This document shows positions 9,431 to 17,047 of a stretch of DNA of 42,509 bases, piece after piece. The notes below the pieces were generated by a model, which was given only the letters and a program-made list of their open reading frames with translations, was not told the origin of the DNA and made no database searches. Positions within the stretch are counted from its first letter, which is position 1. Every line of letters starts with the position of its first letter. This DNA is from Dehalococcoidia bacterium (lineage in GTDB: Bacteria; Chloroflexota; Dehalococcoidia; Lucifugimonadales; UBA2985), in assembly GCA_963582505.1 (NCBI GenBank), contig CAUZSC010000001.1, positions 1-42,509 on the forward strand. The letters run 5' to 3'. The translations under genes were made by a program, and so were the position numbers.

Positions 9431-10685
9431 TTGACTTCACAGATTATATATTCAGTGGCAATAATAGTTACCTTAGGTCTACTCGCTGGTAGGACGGTAA
9501 GGTTTATAAGAATGCCCGCCGTTACAGGCTATTTGTTGATTGGCATACTAATCGGTCCATGGATGATTGGTGTTCTGGATTACGATACGGTAGATGTACT
9601 CTCCCATGCGTTTACCAACCCTGTTCTAGGGGTAATTGCGTATATGATTGGGGGGAATGCTTCATTGCAGAACCTTATCGGTTTAAAGAAGGCGATATTA
9701 TATATATCAATCGCTGAGGCTGGCTTGGCATTCATGATTACCCTATTACTGATCACCTATATTGCGCCAATCTTAATGCCCGAATTATCTCTTGATTTTC
9801 GCAGTTGGTTAGTAATGGGTATCGTTATAGGTTCTATTTGTATGGCTACAGCGCCTGCGGTCTCGATGGCTATAGTAGATGAACTAAAGGTGGTCGGATC
9901 ACTCCCCACAGTACTACTAGGGGTTATAGCACTAGACAATTTATATGCGATTATAGGTTTTTCAATTTCCACATGGATAGCAATTATTATAATAGAAGGA
10001 TCCGTTTCTACGGACGCAATTGGAGTAGTTCTGGAACAACTATTTTCCATATTGGGATCAGTACTTTTGGGCGTTGTTTTGGCATATTTCATGTCGTTTG
10101 TGGGTCAGATAAGTTCGCGAAAGCACCAGAGGTTGTTCTTGGTTATGGGTATTATTCTGGCAAGCTCTCAGGTCGCATTAACAATTGGATTATTCCCTAT
10201 ATTGGTTAACTTAGTATTGGGCTTCACTATTGTTAACCTGCAGACAGACGATGCAGATTACATAGGAGTTATCAAACCTATACAAGAACCAATGTTTGCC
10301 TTGTTCTTTAGCTTAGCCGGAGCCCATATGAATTTAGATATGCTAGGATCTGCTGGCTTTCTTACAATGTTAATAGTATTAGGCAGGGATGGTGGTAAGG
10401 TTATTGGCAGTTGGTTAGGTGCGGTATCAGCCGATACTACCGTACCAAATCAGAAAGTACCTTGGGTTTGCACTTATGCCGAAGGCAGGAGTAACTATAG
10501 GGCTTACTATGTTGATAACTGAAATCTCTCAGCTAGATCCTATAAGCAACATAGCCGTCACCGCTATCCTCGCCTCAACGCTTATTAATGAATTGTCTGC
10601 TCCTCCAATATCCAGATTCGTATTGGCAAGGGGTGCTTATACTCGCTATCAGGAGAATATTATCAAGAATAATCATATATTCTGA
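9431..10685 (+). pseudogene. Cation:proton antiporter (Na+/H+ exchanger family) disrupted by one frameshift
   Basis: Two overlapping ORFs, 9431-10522 and 10419-10685, together encode one roughly 415-aa polytopic protein. The conserved C-terminal segment RKYLGFALMPKAGVTIGL is in the second frame. The shift lies between about 10436 and 10460, with no homopolymer there. Confidence 0.7.
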
Positions 10686-10744
10686 GATTCTTGCCTATTC
10701 TTACTAAGTAAAGACGAGTAATTACTCAGTAAAGATAGCAAGAA

Positions 10745-11014
10745 AACCACAAGGTTTTGAGATTTTAGAACCCTGAGGTTTGACACCAATTGGTGTCTAG
10801 CAGAGCCTTAATTCATCAGGGTAGAAGATGACCTATAGGAAACCTGTAGGTTCTGGGTGGTTCTAGGCATGGAGCGTTGCGGAAAACCTATAGGTTGGTA
10901 ATGACCTCAAGGTCACATCAAGGATACCTTAAGATAGCCTTAAGATTTATAAGAGTTCTGGTCATGTAACGGTACAGAATTATTAAGGTAGTTGAGGTCC
11001 AAAACCTTGAGGTA
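10745..11014. repeat. Array of at least six (A/G)ACC-N3-AGGT(T) dyad motifs in ORF-free DNA
   Basis: aaccacaaggtt 10745-10756, aaccctgaggtt 10769-10780, aacctgtaggtt 10841-10852, aacctataggtt 10885-10896, gacctcaaggtc 10903-10914, aaccttgaggta 11003-11014. There is also a near-copy, acctatagga, at 10831-10840. Confidence 0.8.
10764..10779 (+). repeat. Right arm of the 16-bp perfect inverted repeat
   Basis: tttagaaccctgaggt is the reverse complement of 9290-9305. The two arms bracket the antiporter pseudogene. Confidence 0.8.
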
Positions 11015-11019
11015 GCAGA

Positions 11020-11034
11020 AGTCCTACAGTTTGT
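11020..11034 (+). repeat. 15-nt direct repeat agtcctacagtttgt, copy 1 (candidate recombinase arm-type site)
   Basis: Identical to 11240-11254. A third gtcctaca follows at 11033-11040. Confidence 0.7.
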
Positions 11035-11138
11035 CCTACAACATGGGGGTATGTCAGGGAATGTGTAGGTTCAATACTGTTCCTGTAAATGGTAGATTTG
11101 GCACTTAAGGGAATGCCTAGGAACAGGAAAACACATCA

Positions 11139-11200
11139 TTGCCAAGGAGAAGGGCGTGAGTTCGAATCTCATCTTCAGCTCCAATAATTAGACGCAAAAT
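11139..11200 (+). repeat. Direct copy of the tRNA-Gly 3' half plus its flank (att-like junction between elements A and B)
   Basis: 62 nt aligned by hand to 9049-9110 with 3 substitutions. It starts in the anticodon loop and runs through CCA plus 17 nt of flank. Confidence 0.85.
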
Positions 11201-11239
11201 AAGCCCGCAACGAGAAGCTCAGTGCTTTTATTTTTGGCT

Positions 11240-11254
11240 AGTCCTACAGTTTGT
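11240..11254 (+). repeat. 15-nt direct repeat agtcctacagtttgt, copy 2
   Basis: Identical to 11020-11034, on the other side of the att-like core at 11139-11200. Confidence 0.7.
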
Positions 11255-11405
11255 GGGGAAAGTTGGACTGTTATTGAACCAACTTCCCTTCCCGGAAACG
11301 AGTTTCGTGATTATTAATTTTTACTTATCCCTACTCTGAGTGGCCATGCCCAATTTATTGCTGAGTTTGCTGCCTGAAACAACAGAACACTACGTTCACA
11401 CGCAA

Positions 11406-11454
11406 AAGGTCAGTTCGAGTCTTGTACCACCCCTCATAAATCTAGGCATAAAAT
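11406..11454 (+). repeat. Strongly decayed fourth copy of the tRNA 3' half plus flank
   Basis: aaggtc-agttcgagtct...cataaatctaggcataaaat aligns with aaggtcgtgagttcgaatct...caataattaggcgcaaaat. The upstream tgcctgaaacaacagaacac resembles tgcctaggaacaggaaaacac found 5' of copy 2. Confidence 0.45.
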
Positions 11455-11561
11455 AAGACAAAAGCTATTGTTGAGGGGTTAGTTCACAGATTTGTTTCAC
11501 AAATCTCCAATTTTATAAGTTATAGTGATGGTGGTAATACGATACAAAGGATATATTTATT

Positions 11562-12524
11562 ATGAAATCAAGTGATAATACTAACGCCGCAATTCAAGAC
11601 AGACTGACAAGAACCACACCACCAATGGATATGGCCATCGCTGCAAAGTTGCTTCTCGAAGTCAAGGAGGTAATGAATCGCAGCGGAGTGCAGTTCTTCC
11701 TGCGCCAAGGAACCTGTCTTGGTGCAATAAGGGATGGCGCCTTTATTCAATGGGACGATGATCTGGATCTAGGCGTTATCTTAGGAGTCAACGGGTTCAC
11801 AGAGCAATCAGTAGAACCGTTGTTGGCAGTATTCCGAGAAAGTGGATACTATGTTCAAAGTACATCTTCCAAAAGCACAATCTACGCTACATTGCTGAAA
11901 AACATGATGAGAGTGGACATTCTATTTCATCGGGTAATCGACGAACAGATTTACCATTGGCCTGGAATATGGTTCCCGGTTACGCTTTTCAAACAATTGA
12001 AAGAGATAAACTTCATAGGGGAAACCTTCCTTGTCCCAAATCCTCCAGAGGAATACCTGCGTATAAAATACGGCCCAAATTGGCAGACTCCCAAGCGATT
12101 CGGCTATGCAAAAGACGTAGTTGACAATGTTCCTATGGAACCTGTACTAGGCTTTGCACAAAGGATGATGCGTTCAATTGCTGGATTCTTTTATCCTGGG
12201 AATGTAACAATACTGAAGATTCTTGATCATTACGGATCGCCTGTTGCTCTAGCCAATATCAGAATTGTGGGGATTGGGATATTTAGTACCAATAAGCAAG
12301 GATATGCGAAGCTGTATTTGAAAACCAAAGGATACTCTTCTTCAATAGCCTCAGGCATAAGTGATGAGCCGGGTGACATATATTCAATAGTGATTAGCGA
12401 TGGCAACCACGAAGAGGTACTCTACGAGGAACTTCTAGCTCCGAACAAGTCGTACGTATATCAACCGGATCTTACACAAACGGAAGGCAGAATATTTGTG
12501 CTGTCTAAATTGGATCCACTCTAG
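11562..12524 (+). CDS. LicD-family nucleotidyltransferase-fold phosphotransferase with a C-terminal carboxypeptidase-regulatory-like beta-sandwich
   Basis: 320 aa. LicD hallmarks: QGTCLGAIRDGAFIQWDDDLDLG, RVDILFH and LVPNPPEEYLRIKYGPNWQTP. The C-terminal roughly 100 aa (VTILKILDHYGSPVALANIRIVG...TNKQGYAKL) resemble a CarboxypepD_reg-like domain. An AAAGGA RBS precedes the ATG. Confidence 0.7.
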   Translation: MKSSDNTNAAIQDRLTRTTPPMDMAIAAKLLLEVKEVMNRSGVQFFLRQGTCLGAIRDGAFIQWDDDLDLGVILGVNGFTEQSVEPLLAVFRESGYYVQSTSSKSTIYATLLKNMMRVDILFHRVIDEQIYHWPGIWFPVTLFKQLKEINFIGETFLVPNPPEEYLRIKYGPNWQTPKRFGYAKDVVDNVPMEPVLGFAQRMMRSIAGFFYPGNVTILKILDHYGSPVALANIRIVGIGIFSTNKQGYAKLYLKTKGYSSSIASGISDEPGDIYSIVISDGNHEEVLYEELLAPNKSYVYQPDLTQTEGRIFVLSKLDPL

Positions 12525-12656
12525 TAAGGAAGTATATCCAAAGTAGTATCGCTGCTAATAATCAGCGATATATAAAGACACGGCTGTTGGGGGAGGGTAA
12601 TACAGCTTTGTGAAGCAACATACCCTGTGCCCAGTTTATAATAGGTTAAGGGTTTC

Positions 12657-13454
12657 TTGAGGGACATAGGAAATGAAACTGAAGGGGAAAAAGTGTCTAC
12701 GTTAGACTTAGGTGCAATCCATAAACTCTTACTCAAACACGCCGTTCCTGATGACTTGATCGTGGTTAGGTTGAGTTCGAGGGCAAAGCGCCTGATCTTC
12801 AAGTCATCAGTCAGAAAAGGGGTAGAGATAGTGATCCCGCACGGTGCAGATTCATCGTGGGTCGCAAAGATGACACAGAACAAAATCCCTTGGATTAAGA
12901 GCGCTCAACAACTTGCCAGAGAAGGACGGAGTCAGCTAAATCCGACGCGTATCGATCTGAAAGCACTAGGCGAAATCTGGTCTGTGGATTACGTAAATGT
13001 TGATGAGATACAAAATGGGTTGCTAGTAAGCGGGCAACACACCTTAACGGTCGGTGTAGATCCCAAAGATGTTTTCTGTGTCGCACGGAAATTGCAAGGG
13101 TGGTTCCACCAGAAAGCCAGGACCTCGTTGCTCCCTTGGCTTGCTTCGCTAGCCGAGGACAGAGGATTGAGGTTCAAGAAAACATATGTTAAGAACCAGG
13201 TGAGTCTGTGGGGCAGCTGTTCTACGGAGCGCAACATCAACCTGAATAGGAATCTGCTGTTTCTTCCAAAGTACCTTGTAGAATACGTACTTCACCATGA
13301 ACTCACACATCTTGAACACTTAAATCATTCTGGAAGATTTTGGAGTTCGTTTGCCCATGTCCTTCCAAACTGTAAGGAACTGAGGCTTGAATTGAGAACA
13401 AGAAACCTGGGAAACATCCCATTGTGGGCATCTCCTGGGCTCAATGATGTCTGA
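12657..13454 (+). CDS. DUF45/YgjP-like (COG1451) zinc metallohydrolase
   Basis: It has the HELTHLEHLNHSGRFW (HExxH...H) motif and an upstream WGSC segment typical of the family. The start is uncertain: TTG 12657 in the track, or GTG 12693 preceded by GGGG at 5-nt spacing. Confidence 0.72.
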   Translation: MRDIGNETEGEKVSTLDLGAIHKLLLKHAVPDDLIVVRLSSRAKRLIFKSSVRKGVEIVIPHGADSSWVAKMTQNKIPWIKSAQQLAREGRSQLNPTRIDLKALGEIWSVDYVNVDEIQNGLLVSGQHTLTVGVDPKDVFCVARKLQGWFHQKARTSLLPWLASLAEDRGLRFKKTYVKNQVSLWGSCSTERNINLNRNLLFLPKYLVEYVLHHELTHLEHLNHSGRFWSSFAHVLPNCKELRLELRTRNLGNIPLWASPGLNDV

Positions 13455-13477
13455 CACCACAAAGAGGAGATCTAAAT

Positions 13478-14302
13478 ATGAAAGTTCTATACCATGCTGG
13501 ATGTGATGACGGATTCGGAGCTGCTTATGCTATTTGGCTCAAATATGGGTACCAAGCAAAATATATTCCAGTCCAGTATGGACAGGCTTTTCCGGAGGTC
13601 TCATCTGGTGAGACTGTTTATGTGGTCGACTTTTCGTATTCACGAGATATTCTCCAGAGCATTGCCGATCGGTGCAAACTCGTTGTACTAGACCATCATA
13701 AAACTGCAATGGATGACTTGGCAGATTTACCATTCGCACATTTTGACATGAATAAATCTGGTGCTGTATTGGCATGGGAATATTTTCATCCGAATGAACC
13801 AATACCCACGTTATTGACATACGTGCAAGACTACGATCTTTGGACTAAAGAACTCCCTCATACAGAGGAGAATAAAGCATGGAGGGGGTCATTCCCCAGG
13901 ACATTCGATCGCTGGAAAGAAATGGATCTGATTGTGTCTCGTGATCACATATGGAAGACCGAAGGGGAAGCGATATTGCGCTCTGAAAAATTGCACATTC
14001 AACACCGGGTGTCACAGGCATTTGAAGTAACAATTGATACCCACGTAGTGCTTGCAGTAAATGAGACTCAATATTTTAGCGAGGTAGCCGGTGAACTTGC
14101 CAAGGACACCAGATATCCTTTCGGAGCATGCTTTTTTATACGCGGTGATGGTCTTAAGATATGGAGCTTACGATCGGATCGGAATTTAGGAGATTTCGAT
14201 GTGAGTGCAGTAGCCAAGTTAAGAGGTGGTGGTGGACACAGGAACGCAGCCGGTTTCAAGGAATCAGCCGAGCATCCAATATTACTGTCTGCGCAAAATT
14301 GA
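13478..14302 (+). CDS. Stand-alone DHH/DHHA1 phosphoesterase (NrnB/COG2404-like)
   Basis: 274 aa. Motifs: YHAGCDDGFGAA (motif I), VVDFS, VVLDHHKT (DHH) and LRGGGGHRNAAGF (DHHA1). A GAGGAG RBS sits 7 nt before the ATG. Confidence 0.72.
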   Translation: MKVLYHAGCDDGFGAAYAIWLKYGYQAKYIPVQYGQAFPEVSSGETVYVVDFSYSRDILQSIADRCKLVVLDHHKTAMDDLADLPFAHFDMNKSGAVLAWEYFHPNEPIPTLLTYVQDYDLWTKELPHTEENKAWRGSFPRTFDRWKEMDLIVSRDHIWKTEGEAILRSEKLHIQHRVSQAFEVTIDTHVVLAVNETQYFSEVAGELAKDTRYPFGACFFIRGDGLKIWSLRSDRNLGDFDVSAVAKLRGGGGHRNAAGFKESAEHPILLSAQN

Positions 14303-14429
14303 TGTGTGAAAGCGGGTGTAGTGTTTTTTACATAATGTGAGGAAGCAGTAGAGCGATAAATCCTATATCATGCCTATATCCACTACATTTGGTATATGCG
14401 GGCACAGCGTGAAACAGAAAAACATATCA

Positions 14430-14490
14430 TTTCCAAGGAGAGGGTCGTGGGTTCGAATCCCATCTTCCGCTACAATAATTTAGGCATGCA
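14430..14490 (+). repeat. Displaced tRNA-Gly 3' half (outermost att-like copy)
   Basis: 14430-14474 aligns to 9049-9093 with 5 substitutions. Two of them (14450, 14460) convert a T-stem A-T pair to G-C. The flank caataatttaggcatgcaataat is related to caataattaggcgcaaaat. Confidence 0.8.
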
Positions 14491-14543
14491 ATAATCCCTA
14501 CCAAATTCACGAGATGACTTTGCTGTTAATGCCTATCCTTGAT

Positions 14544-15449
14544 CTATATAGAGATTGCAACAATGCCAGCAACTATCAACACCGTTGACAACAATTTGAT
14601 TAGAGTAGACCCATTTGATGTATCTTCTCCCAGTAATTCAGTCCACATTTTTGTTAAACCGATACTATATATAAATGTAAACAAGACTCTCACGGCAGCT
14701 ACAGATGTAACCAGAGAAGCAGGTCCTAGAGACAAAGCCCACAGCAGCATTATGCTTCCTACTTGAGCAATGACAAACCCATTTATCATCACCAATATCA
14801 GGCCTGGACTTCGTTTATGAAACAAATCTTTAACATCCGTAATAGCCTCTGGTTTAAGAGCAAACGACACTAAAATCAATCCGAACGTAACATTTCTCAA
14901 GCCTTGTGTGTACAAAATGGACAGTTCTTCAACTGCAATTTTACCAGTGACACTAGAGGCACCGAATAGCATTGCTGAAAAAATAAGTGAATAGAAAGAT
15001 TTGCTCAAGAAAACTGTATTAGACTTATTATCTAGCTTAAGTGATATTAGAATACTTCCAAGAACTACAATAATGATACCTATCCATTGAACAATAGATA
15101 TAGATTCACCCAATATAAATAATGCTAAAAGTGCAGCAAATATAGGCGAGGATTGAGCTATCGGTACTGTACGAGATACTTCATGTGTGTACAAAATTCT
15201 TTGTAATAGTATTTGGGCGAATGCAATAAAAGCACCGGATGCTATAGCTGATGTGTTAGTAAAAAAAGTTGCTTCGTTTGGTATATTCGAGAAACACAAC
15301 ATAACAGATCCGACAATGATTTCTATTACACCGATTAGTAATATTAGAGTAAGTGGTGTTTTGATGTATTTATGAAGAACAATTTTGTCTATTACATGGA
15401 TTAATCCTAGACATGCTGAACTTACTAATGTAATAACTAACCAAGTCAT
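14544..15449 (-). CDS. EamA/DMT-family transporter
   Basis: 301 aa with about 10 predicted TM helices and a two-EamA-repeat architecture. It is a clear paralog of 20751-21659. Confidence 0.8.
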   Translation of the reverse strand: MTWLVITLVSSACLGLIHVIDKIVLHKYIKTPLTLILLIGVIEIIVGSVMLCFSNIPNEATFFTNTSAIASGAFIAFAQILLQRILYTHEVSRTVPIAQSSPIFAALLALFILGESISIVQWIGIIIVVLGSILISLKLDNKSNTVFLSKSFYSLIFSAMLFGASSVTGKIAVEELSILYTQGLRNVTFGLILVSFALKPEAITDVKDLFHKRSPGLILVMINGFVIAQVGSIMLLWALSLGPASLVTSVAAVRVLFTFIYSIGLTKMWTELLGEDTSNGSTLIKLLSTVLIVAGIVAISI

Positions 15450-15502
15450 TCGTAACTTAACCTCTATACTATATTAGTGCCTATAATTATAAAATTATAT
15501 CG

Positions 15503-15531
15503 TTGCACTGTTATGAGCAGTCACATACAAT
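15503..15531 (+). promoter_or_regulatory. Sigma70-like promoter for the YHYH gene
   Basis: TTGCAC (15503-15508), 17-nt spacer, TACAAT (15526-15531). It lies 50 nt upstream of the ATG. Confidence 0.4.
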
Positions 15532-15581
15532 GACACTTGCTATATTTATGATGTTAATTATTGCACTCTTTTTATTAGTAA

Positions 15582-16646
15582 ATGCCTAACTTAAATCTAG
15601 CCACATCTTTTGTTGTTGCCTTGACTATTCTTGCCGTACTAGTCACGTGCACTAACACGTCATCACTGACAACAATCGATACTGCGAATAAAGATGAATC
15701 ACTCGTCTCAATAATAGAGGCTTCGAAAGAACAATCTGCCCAAGCCACTCCCCTCCCTGATTACCCAACTAGCTACAATAGCTCAAATTTCAAAATAGAT
15801 TCTGATCTTTGTAATGACGAATACGGACCTGACTGCACAAAATTGCGATTAGGCGATGACTATAATACAAATACTGTCCCACAAAAAGGATACTTGTATT
15901 CTTGCAATGAGAAGAATCCTAACGCACCTGGATCCACTGGGAGTAAAATCACATGGATTAATTTTGCAGAAAATGTATGGGATTTCTTCAAAAAACCATG
16001 GCTGCCAGAAGGAACATTTAGGCCTGATACTGGAATTTACACGGAAACGCTCTCCCTAGAAGATCGTCAAATAAGTATAAACAACCTGCCAGTGGATGGG
16101 AAAATTGGGGACTGGCCTATGACTAATTACCAAATGCTTACTGATATAGATCAAAACCCTGGAATACCAAACTCAAGCAGCTCTTCATTTACGTACCCAT
16201 TTAGCCCTTCTGCTGCTCCATCGCCGACCTGTGTTTCGCAGGGTGCAATTGGCGTTACCAGGAATGGAGTAGTTATTTATAACGCTGCAGATGCACGCGG
16301 GAATGATGCCGGAGCACACGAAATTGTAGACATCTTTGGTGGACACCCGGCAATGAGTAATTACCATTATCATTTCATTCCGGAACGACTAGATAATGAA
16401 TATATGGCTGACGGTCATTCTGGTATAGTCGGATACATAAATGATGGCTTCCCTATCTATGGTTATAAAGGTAAAGGTGGCATTGAAATATCGAATGATG
16501 ACTTAGATGAATGTCATGGTCACTCCTCTGATTCCCTTGGATATCATTACCACGCCACAATAGAATACCCATACACTGTGGGTTGCTATAAGGGTACTCC
16601 GATGTTAAGTCCCGTGCCACAGGTAATGCCCCCGCGCCCCAGATAA
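15582..16646 (+). CDS. Secreted or possibly lipoprotein YHYH-domain protein
   Basis: 354 aa. It has an N-terminal signal sequence with a Cys (LAVLVTC) and two YHYH motifs (SNYHYHFIPE, LGYHYHAT) characteristic of the YHYH family. Confidence 0.7.
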   Translation: MPNLNLATSFVVALTILAVLVTCTNTSSLTTIDTANKDESLVSIIEASKEQSAQATPLPDYPTSYNSSNFKIDSDLCNDEYGPDCTKLRLGDDYNTNTVPQKGYLYSCNEKNPNAPGSTGSKITWINFAENVWDFFKKPWLPEGTFRPDTGIYTETLSLEDRQISINNLPVDGKIGDWPMTNYQMLTDIDQNPGIPNSSSSSFTYPFSPSAAPSPTCVSQGAIGVTRNGVVIYNAADARGNDAGAHEIVDIFGGHPAMSNYHYHFIPERLDNEYMADGHSGIVGYINDGFPIYGYKGKGGIEISNDDLDECHGHSSDSLGYHYHATIEYPYTVGCYKGTPMLSPVPQVMPPRPR

Positions 16647-16738
16647 TTATTCCGCAGCAAGGCAAGTTGCATTTTCATGAGCAACGACTGTGTCCACACC
16701 TGAAGAACAAATGATGGTTTAATGAAATTAATAGGCCT

Positions 16739-17047
16739 CTATATCAGAGTTAATACCCAAAGAACTGACATCCCTGTAATTATAGTTATGATTACATTTT
16801 TCATTACTATGGCAACTGCTAAAGCTGCTAAGGCGGCAAGTATCTTGGGATTCCCGATTAACTCTACAGAATTGGAATCCCCTAGGAACACAGCCGGGAA
16901 AATCAAAGCGGCAAAGATTGAGGTTGGGACATATTTAAGAATATTTTCTAGCCATTCTGGTATATTGGACCTCTTTACTTGATATATCACACTAAATCTT
17001 AGCAAAAAGGTTACAAGTCCGGATATCGCAATAGTAGCCCAAATCAT
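16739..17047 (-). CDS. azlD: AzlD-family branched-chain amino acid exporter small subunit
   Basis: 102-aa hydrophobic protein. It has a 4-nt start/stop overlap with the upstream AzlC-like gene and the FLLRFSV and YVPTSIFAALIFP pattern. Confidence 0.7.
   Translation of the reverse strand: MIWATIAISGLVTFLLRFSVIYQVKRSNIPEWLENILKYVPTSIFAALIFPAVFLGDSNSVELIGNPKILAALAALAVAIVMKNVIITIITGMSVLWVLTLI

Larger units (their letters stand above)
9094..11183. mobile_element. Integrase-less integrated-element remnant A, bounded by tRNA-Gly and a direct copy of its 3' half
   Basis: It is bounded by the 62-nt direct repeat 9049-9110 / 11139-11200 (3 mismatches). Its only gene is a frameshifted antiporter. No recombinase ORF is present. 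Confidence 0.55.
11184..14474. mobile_element. Integrase-less integrated element B, probably composite, carrying the LicD-like/DUF45/DHH trio
   Basis: It is bounded by tRNA-Gly 3'-half copies at 11139-11183 and 14430-14474. Its left end is homologous to the left end of element A for about 150 nt. An internal decayed att copy lies at 11406-11454. Confidence 0.55.

Noticed and set aside
10745-11014. Possible CRISPR array, given the many short repeats
   Set aside because: The repeat units are only 10-12 bp, are dyad-symmetric, are irregularly spaced (12-90 bp) and are not identical. No cas genes are present. This is not CRISPR-like.
9094-14474. Integrase, transposase, excisionase or IS element inside the tRNA-linked islands
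   Set aside because: I looked at all six-frame ORFs of 60 aa or more and at the ORF-free stretches. Nothing shows tyrosine- or serine-recombinase or DDE motifs. The absence is itself reported as a finding.
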